Positions 47,081-55,593 of a stretch of DNA of 64,000 nucleotides are shown here, in pieces (positions within the stretch are counted from its first letter, which is position 1; every line of letters begins with the position of its first letter). The stretch lies in assembly GCA_025964435.1 (NCBI GenBank), contig JAOPYV010000167.1, positions 1,419-65,418 on the forward strand, written 5' to 3'. This DNA comes from Thermoleophilia bacterium (GTDB lineage: Bacteria > Actinomycetota > Thermoleophilia > Gaiellales > SKUG01). A program made the position numbers and the translations under genes. The notes beneath the pieces were generated by a model that saw only the letters and a program-made list of their open reading frames with translations, did no database searches and was not told the DNA's origin.

Positions 47081-48637
47081 ATGAACCGTTTGCTCCGTGC
47101 TGCCGCCGTTGCCGTGCTGCTCGTCGCCAGTACCAGCATCGCCGTCGCGACCCCGGGCGCGTCTGCCCGACCGGTGCCGAGCCCCGAAACCCCGGCCGTC
47201 GTGAACGGCTCGATCGTGTCCGCCACCGACTACGCCGCGAAGTGGTCCTTCATCGTCGCGCTCGTGGACCCGAGCGGCGACTCGCAGTTCGACGGCCAGT
47301 TCTGCGGCGGCTCGCTGATCGACGACCAGCACGTGCTGACCGCCGCGCACTGCATGACCGCCAAGCCCGGGCTGATCTACAACCCCCGCAGCGTCGGCAT
47401 CGTCGCGAAGCAGCGCGTGCTCGACGATCGCACGATGGGCTCGGGCGAGTCCGCCGTGCGCAAGGTCACCGACATCTTCGTGCACCCCGGCTTCGAGGAG
47501 AACTCCGGCGAGGGCTACCGCAACGACGTCGCCATCCTGCGCCTCGCCGCGCCGATCGCCGGCGCCTCCACGATCCGTCTGGTGCAGCCGGGCGACGAGC
47601 CGCTCTGGGGCGGCGGCGGTGGCGGCGGCACCGCCTTCATCGCCGGGTGGGGCAACACCGACCCGGCCGGGCAGCGCAATCCCAACCTCGCCTTCCCGAC
47701 CGTGCTCGAGCAGACGACCGTTCCGCTCCGCTCCGACGCCGCGTGCTCGGCAACCGTCGGGGGCGGCTACGGCACCGCCTTCGAGCGTGGGACCAACATG
47801 TGTGCCGGCACGCTCCAGACGTCCCCCAAGCAGCTCGGCACCGATGCCTGCCAAGGCGACAGCGGCGGCCCGCTCATCGTCGACGCAGGCGCGGGCACCT
47901 ACAAGCTCGCGGGCGTGACCTCGTGGGGCGAAGGCTGCGCGCAGAAGAACTTCGGCGCCTACAGCCGACTCGACGCCCTGCGTGCGTGGATCGACTCGAT
48001 CCCGGGCGCGACCGATGGCGGTGCGGCATTCGGCGGCCCCGGCGGACTGCAGCCCGTGACCAACCCCGCTCGAGCCGCTGCCGGCTACGAGAAGGTCACG
48101 CTCACCTGGGATGCGCCGACCGCTGGCCCGATCCCGGAGCGCTACGCCGTCTGGAAGCGCACCATGACCGACGGCGCCAGCACCGACCAGCTGGTCGGGA
48201 TCACGCCCGGCCGGAGCTTCGTCGCACCCGTCGCGGCCTCGCGCCGCGCCGGAAGCGTCATCTGGAACGTCCGCCCCGTCGACCCCACAGGCGCGAACGG
48301 CCCGTCGAACCTGTTCGCGGCCGGCGGGCTGCCGGATACCCGCAAGCCGGGGCGCACCAGCCCCGCCGTCCTGACGCGCAGGGCGCGCACCTACGTCATC
48401 GTGCGCTGGTCAGCCGCCGTCGATCGCCAGTCCGGGATCAGCAGCTACCAGGTGCAGCGACGCATCGTCGGCCGGGCCCAGTGGGGCACCATCCCGGGCA
48501 TCGCGCCCAGCAGGCGCTCGATCCGGCTCGGGGGAATCCCCGCGGGCGGAGGCGTGCTCGTTCGCATCCGGGCAATCGATGACGCGGGCAACGCTGGCCT
48601 GTGGTCAGCGCCGCGCGCCTTCACGACCACGCGCTAG
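47081..48637 (+). CDS. Secreted trypsin-like (S1) serine protease with two C-terminal FN3-like domains
   Basis: Signal peptide. Triad contexts TAAHC, NDVAILRL and DACQGDSGGPL. C-terminal modules include ...VRWSAAVDRQSGISSYQVQRR...IRAIDDAGNAG. Confidence 0.9.
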   Translation: MNRLLRAAAVAVLLVASTSIAVATPGASARPVPSPETPAVVNGSIVSATDYAAKWSFIVALVDPSGDSQFDGQFCGGSLIDDQHVLTAAHCMTAKPGLIYNPRSVGIVAKQRVLDDRTMGSGESAVRKVTDIFVHPGFEENSGEGYRNDVAILRLAAPIAGASTIRLVQPGDEPLWGGGGGGGTAFIAGWGNTDPAGQRNPNLAFPTVLEQTTVPLRSDAACSATVGGGYGTAFERGTNMCAGTLQTSPKQLGTDACQGDSGGPLIVDAGAGTYKLAGVTSWGEGCAQKNFGAYSRLDALRAWIDSIPGATDGGAAFGGPGGLQPVTNPARAAAGYEKVTLTWDAPTAGPIPERYAVWKRTMTDGASTDQLVGITPGRSFVAPVAASRRAGSVIWNVRPVDPTGANGPSNLFAAGGLPDTRKPGRTSPAVLTRRARTYVIVRWSAAVDRQSGISSYQVQRRIVGRAQWGTIPGIAPSRRSIRLGGIPAGGGVLVRIRAIDDAGNAGLWSAPRAFTTTR

Positions 48638-48675
48638 GAGTTGCGGCCGCGGCTCGGACCGCCTGAAGCGCTGGC

Positions 48676-49140
48676 TCAGGCTTCGAGGCGGATGATCTCG
48701 AGGCGCATGACGCCGCGCGGGAGCTGCACTTCGACGACCTCGCCGGGCGTCTTGTCCATCAGGGCGGACCCGATCGGCGACTCGTAGGAGACGCGCTGGA
48801 GCATCGGGTCGGCTTCCTCGACGCCGGTGATCGTCCAGGTCTCCTCATCGCCGCTGTCGAGCTCCTTGACGATGACGCGCGTGCCGACCGACACGCGATC
48901 GGTGCTGGCCTGCTCGATCACGACCGCCGTGCGTAGCTGGCGCTCGATCTGGAGGATGCGCGTCTCCAGGAAGCCCTGCTCGTCCTTCGCGGCGTGATAC
49001 TCCGCGTTCTCCTTGAGGTCACCCAGCTCCCGGGCGGACTTGATCCGCGCCGCCAGCGCAGGGCGCTGGGCGATGAGCGTGTCGACTTCGGCCTGGAGTG
49101 CGGCCCGGCCTTCGGATGTCATGAGCGTGTCGTTCTGCAT
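48676..49140 (-). CDS. greA: Transcription elongation factor GreA
   Basis: GreA signature GDLKENAEYHAAKDEQ and a C-terminal FKBP-like domain. Confidence 0.95.
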   Translation of the reverse strand: MQNDTLMTSEGRAALQAEVDTLIAQRPALAARIKSARELGDLKENAEYHAAKDEQGFLETRILQIERQLRTAVVIEQASTDRVSVGTRVIVKELDSGDEETWTITGVEEADPMLQRVSYESPIGSALMDKTPGEVVEVQLPRGVMRLEIIRLEA

Positions 49141-49236
49141 CCATGGTCTCTACCGGTTGCGGGGCATGGCAAAACACGCGACACGGCGGGAGTGATCGAA
49201 TTCAAGGTCGACCCCTCGACCAGCCGATAGCGACGC

Positions 49237-51564
49237 ATGCTCTCGCGCCCCCTTCTTCCTGCCTGCCTCGCCATCATCGCGTTGCTCGCCATCGCACCGG
49301 CCGCGCATGCCGCCTACACGCTCAAGACGTCGCCTTCCTACGTCGCCAGCAACCTGCCGACCGGCACCAACCACCAGCTCGGGCAGGCCGACCAGAACGG
49401 CGTCTTCTACACGATGGCCGGGAACACCATCTTCCGCTACGACAAGAACGGTGTCCGGCTCGCGAACATCCCGCTGACCGGGCTCGGCGTTGCCAACGCC
49501 CGCGACATCGCGCCCTCCCCGGACGGCGCCTACCTCTACCTGAGCCAGGGCGGAAACACCCCGGTCCGCCTCAACCGCGTCGGCGCCGTCGGCAGCACCA
49601 CGTACGCGAAGGACGCGACCTGGAAGCTCCAGCAGTTCTCCGTCTGGAACGTGAAGTGGACGCCGGTCGGTCACGCAATCGCAACCGACGGGCGCGGCGA
49701 CATCTACGTCTCCAACAGCTCCTGGTGGGTCAACAACACGCAGAATTCCGTGGCGAAGTTCGCGCCCGACGGAACCTCGATCACCGCGTTCGGCGACTAT
49801 GGCAAGGAGGCGGGCAACTGGATCACCAACCAGGACATCGCCGTCAGCCGTGATGGTCGCCGCGTCTACGTCGGCGAGAACTGCGGCAAGTCCTGCATCT
49901 ACACGAGCCCCGACTACCAGGGCTCGCGCGTCACGCGCTACGACTACGTGCCGGGCGGCAAGTACCGCTACTCACGCGTCGTGAGCGCGCAGGGTCCGAT
50001 GGACGGCAACGCCTTCCCGCGCTGCGAGAGCGCCGGAGCGACGCACAGCGCCTACACGCTCGCGATGGACGCTTGGGACAACCTTTACGCCTCCAGCACG
50101 ACCTGCGGCCGCATCCAGAAGTTCGCCACCTTCGCCGATCCGGCCAAGGACAAGTTCATCGAGTCGATCGCCGTCTACACCGACCCCGCGACCGCCGACG
50201 GCATCGACGGTGCCCGCAACCACTACCTGGCGAGCGACTGGGCTGGTCGCATCTACGCCGACGAGTGGGACCGCGTGCTGACGCCGACCACGATCCGCAT
50301 TCCGCAGACGCCGCTCCCCGCGCTTGCCCCGCTGCCCCTGCCCGACGTCACGGCGCCCGTGCTGGCGAACGTGGTGACCCCCGCGACGACCACCACCCGT
50401 GACGTGACGGTGGCGATCACCGCCACCGACGACCAGGCGGTCGGCGAGATGCGCCTGGCCAACGAGGATGGCGCGTGGGGCCCGTGGCAGCCGTTCGCCA
50501 CACCCGTGACGCACCAGCTGAGCGCCAACTTTGCGGTCAAGGGCATCTACGTCCAGGTGCGCGACTTCGGTGGCAATCTCTCGGCAACCGTCTACCGTAC
50601 GCTGCGCTACGAGGCCGCGCCGGTCATCATCCCCGGCGAGCCCGTCCAGCCAGCCCCGCCCGCCGGCGTCGACGTCGCGGATCCGATCATCACCAAGGTG
50701 ACCGTCCCCGCACTGACCGCCACGCGGGAGATCAACATCGGCATCGAGGCCACCGACGACGTCGCCCTGCGCCGCGTCCGCTTCGCGAACGAGGACGGTA
50801 CGTGGGCCGCCTGGGAAGCGTTCGCCAACTCCAAGCCCTGGACCCTGAGCGCCGGCTTCACCAACAAGGTCGTCTACGTCCAGGTCAGTGACACGTCGGG
50901 TCGAACCTCGAACGTCGTCACCGCCAAGAGCAAGATCGCGGCCGACGCGCCCGTCGCACCGCCCGCCGGTGGGGGCGAAGGCGCGCCCGCAGCTCCCGAC
51001 ACCACGGCTCCGGTCCTCGTGAAGGTGACTCTGCCGAAGGAGACGACGACCCAGGCGGTCGCCGTCGCGATCGACGCGACCGACGCAGTCGGCGTGGCGC
51101 AGGTCCGCTTCGCCAATGAAGACGGAACGTGGACGGCCTGGCAGCCGTTCACAAACCCGAAGACGTGGACCCTGACCGCGGGATACACGCCGAAGCTCGT
51201 CTACGTCCAGGTGCGTGACGCCGTGGGGAATGAATCACTCGTGCTGACGTCGACCACCAAGTACGTCAAGACGGTTGCCGGCCCGGTCGACAATGCCGCG
51301 CCGGTCCTGACCGCGATCACCATCGCGAACCCGACGCCGACCGCCGCCGTGACCGTGAAGCTGACAGCCACCGACGACGTCGCCGTGACGCAGGTCAGGT
51401 TCGCCAACGAGGACGGCAACTGGGGCGCCTGGGGTGCATTCGCAGCCGAGGTTCCGCACACGCTGACCGTGGGCAACACGAACAAGGTCGTCTATGGGCA
51501 GGTGCGCGACGCCGCCGGCCGGGAATCCGCAGTGCTGTTCACGAAGACATTGGTGAAGCCATGA
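49237..51564 (+). CDS. Secreted beta-propeller (NHL/SMP-30-like) protein with four C-terminal Ig-like repeats
   Basis: Signal peptide ending AHA. Propeller-like blades (DGAYLYLSQ, GRGDIYVSN, DGRRVYVGE, WDNLYASS, AGRIYADE). These are followed by four ~100-aa repeats. Confidence 0.85.
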   Translation: MLSRPLLPACLAIIALLAIAPAAHAAYTLKTSPSYVASNLPTGTNHQLGQADQNGVFYTMAGNTIFRYDKNGVRLANIPLTGLGVANARDIAPSPDGAYLYLSQGGNTPVRLNRVGAVGSTTYAKDATWKLQQFSVWNVKWTPVGHAIATDGRGDIYVSNSSWWVNNTQNSVAKFAPDGTSITAFGDYGKEAGNWITNQDIAVSRDGRRVYVGENCGKSCIYTSPDYQGSRVTRYDYVPGGKYRYSRVVSAQGPMDGNAFPRCESAGATHSAYTLAMDAWDNLYASSTTCGRIQKFATFADPAKDKFIESIAVYTDPATADGIDGARNHYLASDWAGRIYADEWDRVLTPTTIRIPQTPLPALAPLPLPDVTAPVLANVVTPATTTTRDVTVAITATDDQAVGEMRLANEDGAWGPWQPFATPVTHQLSANFAVKGIYVQVRDFGGNLSATVYRTLRYEAAPVIIPGEPVQPAPPAGVDVADPIITKVTVPALTATREINIGIEATDDVALRRVRFANEDGTWAAWEAFANSKPWTLSAGFTNKVVYVQVSDTSGRTSNVVTAKSKIAADAPVAPPAGGGEGAPAAPDTTAPVLVKVTLPKETTTQAVAVAIDATDAVGVAQVRFANEDGTWTAWQPFTNPKTWTLTAGYTPKLVYVQVRDAVGNESLVLTSTTKYVKTVAGPVDNAAPVLTAITIANPTPTAAVTVKLTATDDVAVTQVRFANEDGNWGAWGAFAAEVPHTLTVGNTNKVVYGQVRDAAGRESAVLFTKTLVKP
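50344..51561 (+). repeat. Four tandem ~100-aa domain repeats (nt periods 327, 327, 291)
   Basis: Repeats start at 50344, 50671, 50998 and 51289. Consensus is D-x-x-A-P-V-L...(A/I)TDD-x-(A/V)V...VRFANEDG-x-W-x-x-W...(V/I)YVQVRD. Confidence 0.85.
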
Positions 51565-52097
51565 TCCGCAATGGAAAGAGCCGAGCCATCTCGCTGCTGC
51601 TCGTGCTGGGCATCGCAGCTCTGGGCGCACAGGTCGCAGGCGTCGGCGCGAGCCGCCCGGGAAGCCGACCGCCGGTGCCGAAGCGTCTCGCCTCGCTGCC
51701 CGGCGCCTCGATCCCGGATGTCGGATCGACCACGCTGGGATCGACGCTGATCCAGGCTGCAGAAGGTGAGACGATCCAGCTCAAGGCGAAGGCGATGGTC
51801 GCCGCCGCCACGCTCCCGCGTGCTGCCGGCGCGGCCGTCGTGTGTGGCATCCGCTACTCGCGCGCCGGCGATGCGTCCTGGACGCTCGGCACCCCGTACG
51901 AGAACGTCGTGCTGGCCAAGCGCGGCGCGCGCGACACGGTCTCGATCGATCGCTCCTTCACCGCCCCCGCCAAGGACACCTATCGCGCGTCGATGGCGTG
52001 CCACGTCTCCTCACCGGCGAGCGCGAAGGTCACGGCGACCGGCTCGATCACCACGGTGCGCGGACTTCCCGCCGGCGCCGCAACGCCCATCACCTGA
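51561..52097 (+). CDS. Secreted hypothetical protein (178 aa)
   Basis: Signal peptide (SLLLVLGIAALGAQVAGVGA). High GC3. ATGA overlap with the upstream gene. Confidence 0.65.
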   Translation: MIRNGKSRAISLLLVLGIAALGAQVAGVGASRPGSRPPVPKRLASLPGASIPDVGSTTLGSTLIQAAEGETIQLKAKAMVAAATLPRAAGAAVVCGIRYSRAGDASWTLGTPYENVVLAKRGARDTVSIDRSFTAPAKDTYRASMACHVSSPASAKVTATGSITTVRGLPAGAATPIT

Positions 52098-52120
52098 TCC
52101 AACTCCGTGAGCCGAGGGGC

Positions 52121-53038
52121 TCAGGCTGCAACGGCAGCAGGAGCGGCAGCGGGCAGCGCCGCGTCGAGCCCCGTCGTTCGCAGCGCCGCGATCATCGCGG
52201 CCGGCGCCGTGCCACCCATCGCGGCTGCAGCTCGCGTCAGTGCGCTCGCGAGCGTTGCCCACGTTCCGCCCTGGCGCCACGCCGTCGCATCGCGGATGAC
52301 TCGCCACAGCAGCGCCTCGGCCTGGTCTCGGCCCAGCGTGCGGCGCAGCAGGATGAAGGTCTCGGAGACGACGCCGCCTGCTGCGTGCACCTCGGCGCCC
52401 TTGGCGCTGGCTTCACGGTAGCGGCGGATCGTCGGTCCCAGCGGCATGCCGCTGATACGCGGCGAGCCGAGCTCGCGGATCGCGCCCTGGTGCCGTCCGT
52501 CTGGACCCAACGCGAAGAACTCTTCACCGAGCGTGTCGTCATTCGTGGCGAGCAGGGCAGCCGCATCGGCGATGCCCTCGAGGATCGCGCCGTTCGGCTT
52601 CGCGTTGGTCGCCATCCTGCCGAACTGGACGACGTGGACGAGCTCGTGGATCGCGGAGTCGACGGTGAGCAGGATCCCGGCGCGCCCACGGCTGCCTGCG
52701 TCCTTGGCAAGTGCATTCCTCGTACCGACCGCCAGCGAGCCGGTCGTGGCCCATGGGCCGTTCGCCGTCGCGTCGGAGTCGCGCAGGATGAGCTTCACGG
52801 CGGTGCCGGCGTCATCGATCCCGGCCAGCCCGACCCGCTCGCGCAGGAGCTGGACCGCGCGCACCAGCGCATCGATCGCCGCGCGCTCCGCCATCGTCAG
52901 GCGCACACTGGCGCGTGCCGCGCCGGCGGTGCCGAGATGGACGTCCGCTGCGCCGTTGCGGCCACGCAGCACGACCTGGATGCGTCGCGCATCGAGCGTC
53001 GAGCCGACGGGCAGTGCGGATGAGACGGGGGCAGTCAC
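52121..53038 (-). CDS. Compact thermolysin-like (M4-type) metallopeptidase with no signal peptide or propeptide
   Basis: HELVHVV (HExxH), GAILEGIADAAA (third-ligand Glu motif GxxNEaxSD), LGEEF, and VHAAGGVVSETF (thermolysin VHxNSGIxNkAf). Only ~135 aa precede the HExxH. Confidence 0.65.
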   Translation of the reverse strand: MTAPVSSALPVGSTLDARRIQVVLRGRNGAADVHLGTAGAARASVRLTMAERAAIDALVRAVQLLRERVGLAGIDDAGTAVKLILRDSDATANGPWATTGSLAVGTRNALAKDAGSRGRAGILLTVDSAIHELVHVVQFGRMATNAKPNGAILEGIADAAALLATNDDTLGEEFFALGPDGRHQGAIRELGSPRISGMPLGPTIRRYREASAKGAEVHAAGGVVSETFILLRRTLGRDQAEALLWRVIRDATAWRQGGTWATLASALTRAAAAMGGTAPAAMIAALRTTGLDAALPAAAPAAVAA

Positions 53039-53147
53039 GGTATGACCGCATCGGCATTCCCGCGTGCTTCGCTTGAGCTGGGCGGAGCATGCTGGCTCAC
53101 TGCAACCAACGCGGGTATCCGCGTGGTTCCGCTAGCCTTGTCCGATC

Positions 53148-53825
53148 ATGTCGTCCGACCTTGCCATCTCTGCCACCGGCCTCAGCCGAACGTTCCGCGT
53201 CCCTGTGCGCGAGGCGGGCCTGCGCGCGTCGCTTCGCTCCGTGGTGCGCCGCACGTATCGCGACGTCCACGCGGTCCGAGGCATCGACCTCGCGATCGCA
53301 CCGGGCGAGATCGTCGGCTTCCTCGGTCCGAACGGCGCCGGCAAGACGACGACCCTCAAGATGCTCAGCGGATTGATGCATCCCACGAGCGGCACGGCCC
53401 GCGTCCTGGGCGTCGACCCGGCTCGCCGCTCACGCGACTTCCTGACCAGCATCTCCTTCGTCATGGGCCAGCGCCAGCAGCTGACGAGCGAGCTGCCAGC
53501 AGCCGACTCGCTCGAGGTGCTGCGAGCGACGTATCGGATCTCGCGGCCGGCGTTCCGTGAGCAGCTCGACGAGTTGACCGAGCTCCTTGACCTCGCCCCC
53601 TTGCTCGACAAGCCGGTCCGCCAGCTCTCGCTCGGCGAGCGCATGAAGTGCGAGCTGGCCGCCGCGCTGATCCATCGGCCGACCATGCTCTTCCTCGATG
53701 AGCCGACCCTCGGACTCGACGTCCAGGCCCAGCGGCGCGTGCGCGAGTTCGTCGCCAGCTACGCGAAGCGCAGCGGTGCGACGGTGCTGCTGCAGGTCAG
53801 ACCCCCCAGCCGTGGCGCCTGCTGA
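53148..53825 (+). pseudogene. ABC transporter ATPase truncated before the H-loop (COG4586-like)
   Basis: Walker [10 protein letters not shown], signature LSLGERMK and Walker B MLFLDEPTLGLD are intact. After SGATVLL (nt ~53794) the frame reads QVRPPSRGAC-stop instead of the expected TSH... H-loop and C-terminal ~90 aa. Confidence 0.7.
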
Positions 53826-54262
53826 ACCTCGCCGCCGGGCTGACGCTCATTGCGATCGGGGTGTCCAACCAAGGCTTCGACGAGGTCTCGGGCGGGGCTG
53901 TCGGTGCACTGCTCGCCGCCGTCACGATGCTCGCCTGCTCGATCTGCATCGTCACCGGCTTCTGGGCGCTGATGGCCAGCATCACCTTCTGGACGATCGA
54001 GGGCGAGGGCATCCTCTGGGCCCTCGATGACATGTACGACCACCTGCGTTGGCCGCTCCAGATCTTCCCACCGGGCCTGCGGATGGCGCTCTCGACGGTC
54101 TACCCCGCCGGGTTCGCCATCACGGTGCCCGCATCAGCGCTGACCGGCCGCCTCGGACTGTCGACGGCGCTCATCGCGTGCGCCACGGCAGCAGCGTTCC
54201 TCATCGCGGCACGACTGGTGTGGCGGGTTGCGATCCGTCGCTACGAGGGCGCGAACAGCTGA
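53810..54262 (+). pseudogene. C-terminal fragment of an ABC-2-type permease (partner of the truncated ATPase)
   Basis: The frame of track ORF 53861..54262 is already permease-like from ~53810 (PWRLLNLAAGLTLIAIG...FWTIEGEGILW...YPAGFAITVPASALTG...RRYEGANS). No N-terminal TM helices and no plausible start context. Confidence 0.6.
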
Positions 54263-54266
54263 CGAG

Positions 54267-55415
54267 TCAGGCAGCAGCTGAGCGGTCACTGCAGCGCGGG
54301 CACTCGACGTGGCAGCCGGGCTCCATCCACTCGCTCTCCATCGTGCGGATGTCGAGCTCGAACTCGCGGCCGAGCATGGAGGACTGATGGATGCCGGCGA
54401 GCAGGCCGATCGCCTGGCCAGCGCACATCGATGCCGCAGTGACGTCGGCCCAGCCGACAGCCGGAAGCGCGGGTGGCTCCTCGTTGCGGCGGATGCCGAC
54501 CTCCGCCTCGAGCTCCTCGGAGCCGGGTGCGATACGACTCGCGTAGAAGCATGCGTAGCAGCTCGTCACGCCGGGAACGAGCAGCGGCCCCGCGTAGGCA
54601 AAGGGTGGGCGGGAGCCGCCGTGAAGCACCGGGACGCCGAGCGCGAAGGCACCCGCGTCGACCCACTCCTTGATCGCCAGTGGCGGGCGGTCGGCGGCAC
54701 AGACCACGAGGTCCGGCTGGACACGCCGCACGAGCTTGGCGACGTCCTCCGCGCAGGTGATCTCCTGGTCGATCGCGGTGAAGTTCGAATCCGGCGCGAT
54801 CTGCTCGAGATGCATCGCTGCAGCGAACACCTTGCGGACACCGATGTCACGATCGGTGTACAGCAGCTGGCGCGGCAGGTTCTGCTCCTCGACGCGATCG
54901 AAGTCGGTCAGCGCGATGCTGCCGACACCCGCACGCGCGAGCAGCTCGGCGAAGGGCGCGCCAAAGCCTCCGACGCCGAGCATGAGCACGGTCGACATGG
55001 CGAGGCGACGCTGGGCAGCGGGACCGTCGACGCCCTCCTGTGCAAACCAACGGACCTGGCGATCGAAGCGCTCGACGTCGACCGCTGCGACCTGGTCGGC
55101 CGGCAGCAGCACGCGACGGACCGCGAGGTAGCGGATCGTCTCGTCGAAGGTGGGGCGATCGAGCGGCGTGACGCACTGCTCGACCGGGACCCCCCGCACG
55201 ACAACGTCATGCACCATGCGCCCCCAGGGGCTGTCGACCTGCAGCTGCTCACGCCCGCGTACCGGGATCAGCAGGAGCGTCCCGTCGTCGAGCAACACGG
55301 ATTCCGTGGAAGGGCAGGTGACATAGCTGGGACCAGCGCCGGGAACCTCCGTGGGGAAGGCGGCGCGGCGAGGCAGGGACATGTCCGTGTGTCGTGCGGT
55401 GGGCGTATCCGGCAT
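54267..55415 (-). CDS. ThiF/E1-superfamily adenylyltransferase with an N-terminal ~130-aa extension (MccB/PaaA-like architecture)
   Basis: Nucleotide-binding signature LMLGVGGFGAPFAELLARAGVGSIALTDFDRVEEQNLPRQ. VVCAADRPP. Two CxxC pairs (CYAC and CPRC) ~80 aa apart, as in the MccB Zn site. 382 aa. Confidence 0.85.
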   Translation of the reverse strand: MPDTPTARHTDMSLPRRAAFPTEVPGAGPSYVTCPSTESVLLDDGTLLLIPVRGREQLQVDSPWGRMVHDVVVRGVPVEQCVTPLDRPTFDETIRYLAVRRVLLPADQVAAVDVERFDRQVRWFAQEGVDGPAAQRRLAMSTVLMLGVGGFGAPFAELLARAGVGSIALTDFDRVEEQNLPRQLLYTDRDIGVRKVFAAAMHLEQIAPDSNFTAIDQEITCAEDVAKLVRRVQPDLVVCAADRPPLAIKEWVDAGAFALGVPVLHGGSRPPFAYAGPLLVPGVTSCYACFYASRIAPGSEELEAEVGIRRNEEPPALPAVGWADVTAASMCAGQAIGLLAGIHQSSMLGREFELDIRTMESEWMEPGCHVECPRCSDRSAAA

Positions 55416-55418
55416 GAC

Positions 55419-55496
55419 TTAGGCCTTGCTGATCGGCTGGACGGGTGTACGGACCGGACCAACCGGAATTCCTGATCGCGCTGCGCCTCGCACCAT
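55419..55496 (-). CDS. Candidate small peptide gene (25 aa MVRGAARSGIPVGPVRTPVQPISKA; an in-frame upstream ATG at 55571 would give 50 aa)
   Basis: Not in the supplied track (below the size cutoff). GGGGG lies 5 nt upstream of ATG 55496. The TAA stop is 3 nt before the E1 ATG. GC3 is only moderate, so the coding status is unproven. Confidence 0.3.
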   Translation of the reverse strand: MVRGAARSGIPVGPVRTPVQPISKA

Positions 55497-55593
55497 GCTT
55501 GCCCCCTGCTCACTCGAGTGCCCGCATTGGAGATAGGACGGCGGGCACGCCCACAGCCTCGGAGAGGCCATGTTGAGGGGGTCGGCGCAGCGC

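Noticed and set aside
55268-55513. 81-aa ORF from the track as a possible precursor peptide
   Set aside because: It has a GTG start with no SD. It runs 148 nt into the E1 coding region in a different frame with poor GC3, and it has no independent stop before the E1 start. The in-frame ORF ending 3 nt before the E1 ATG is the better candidate.
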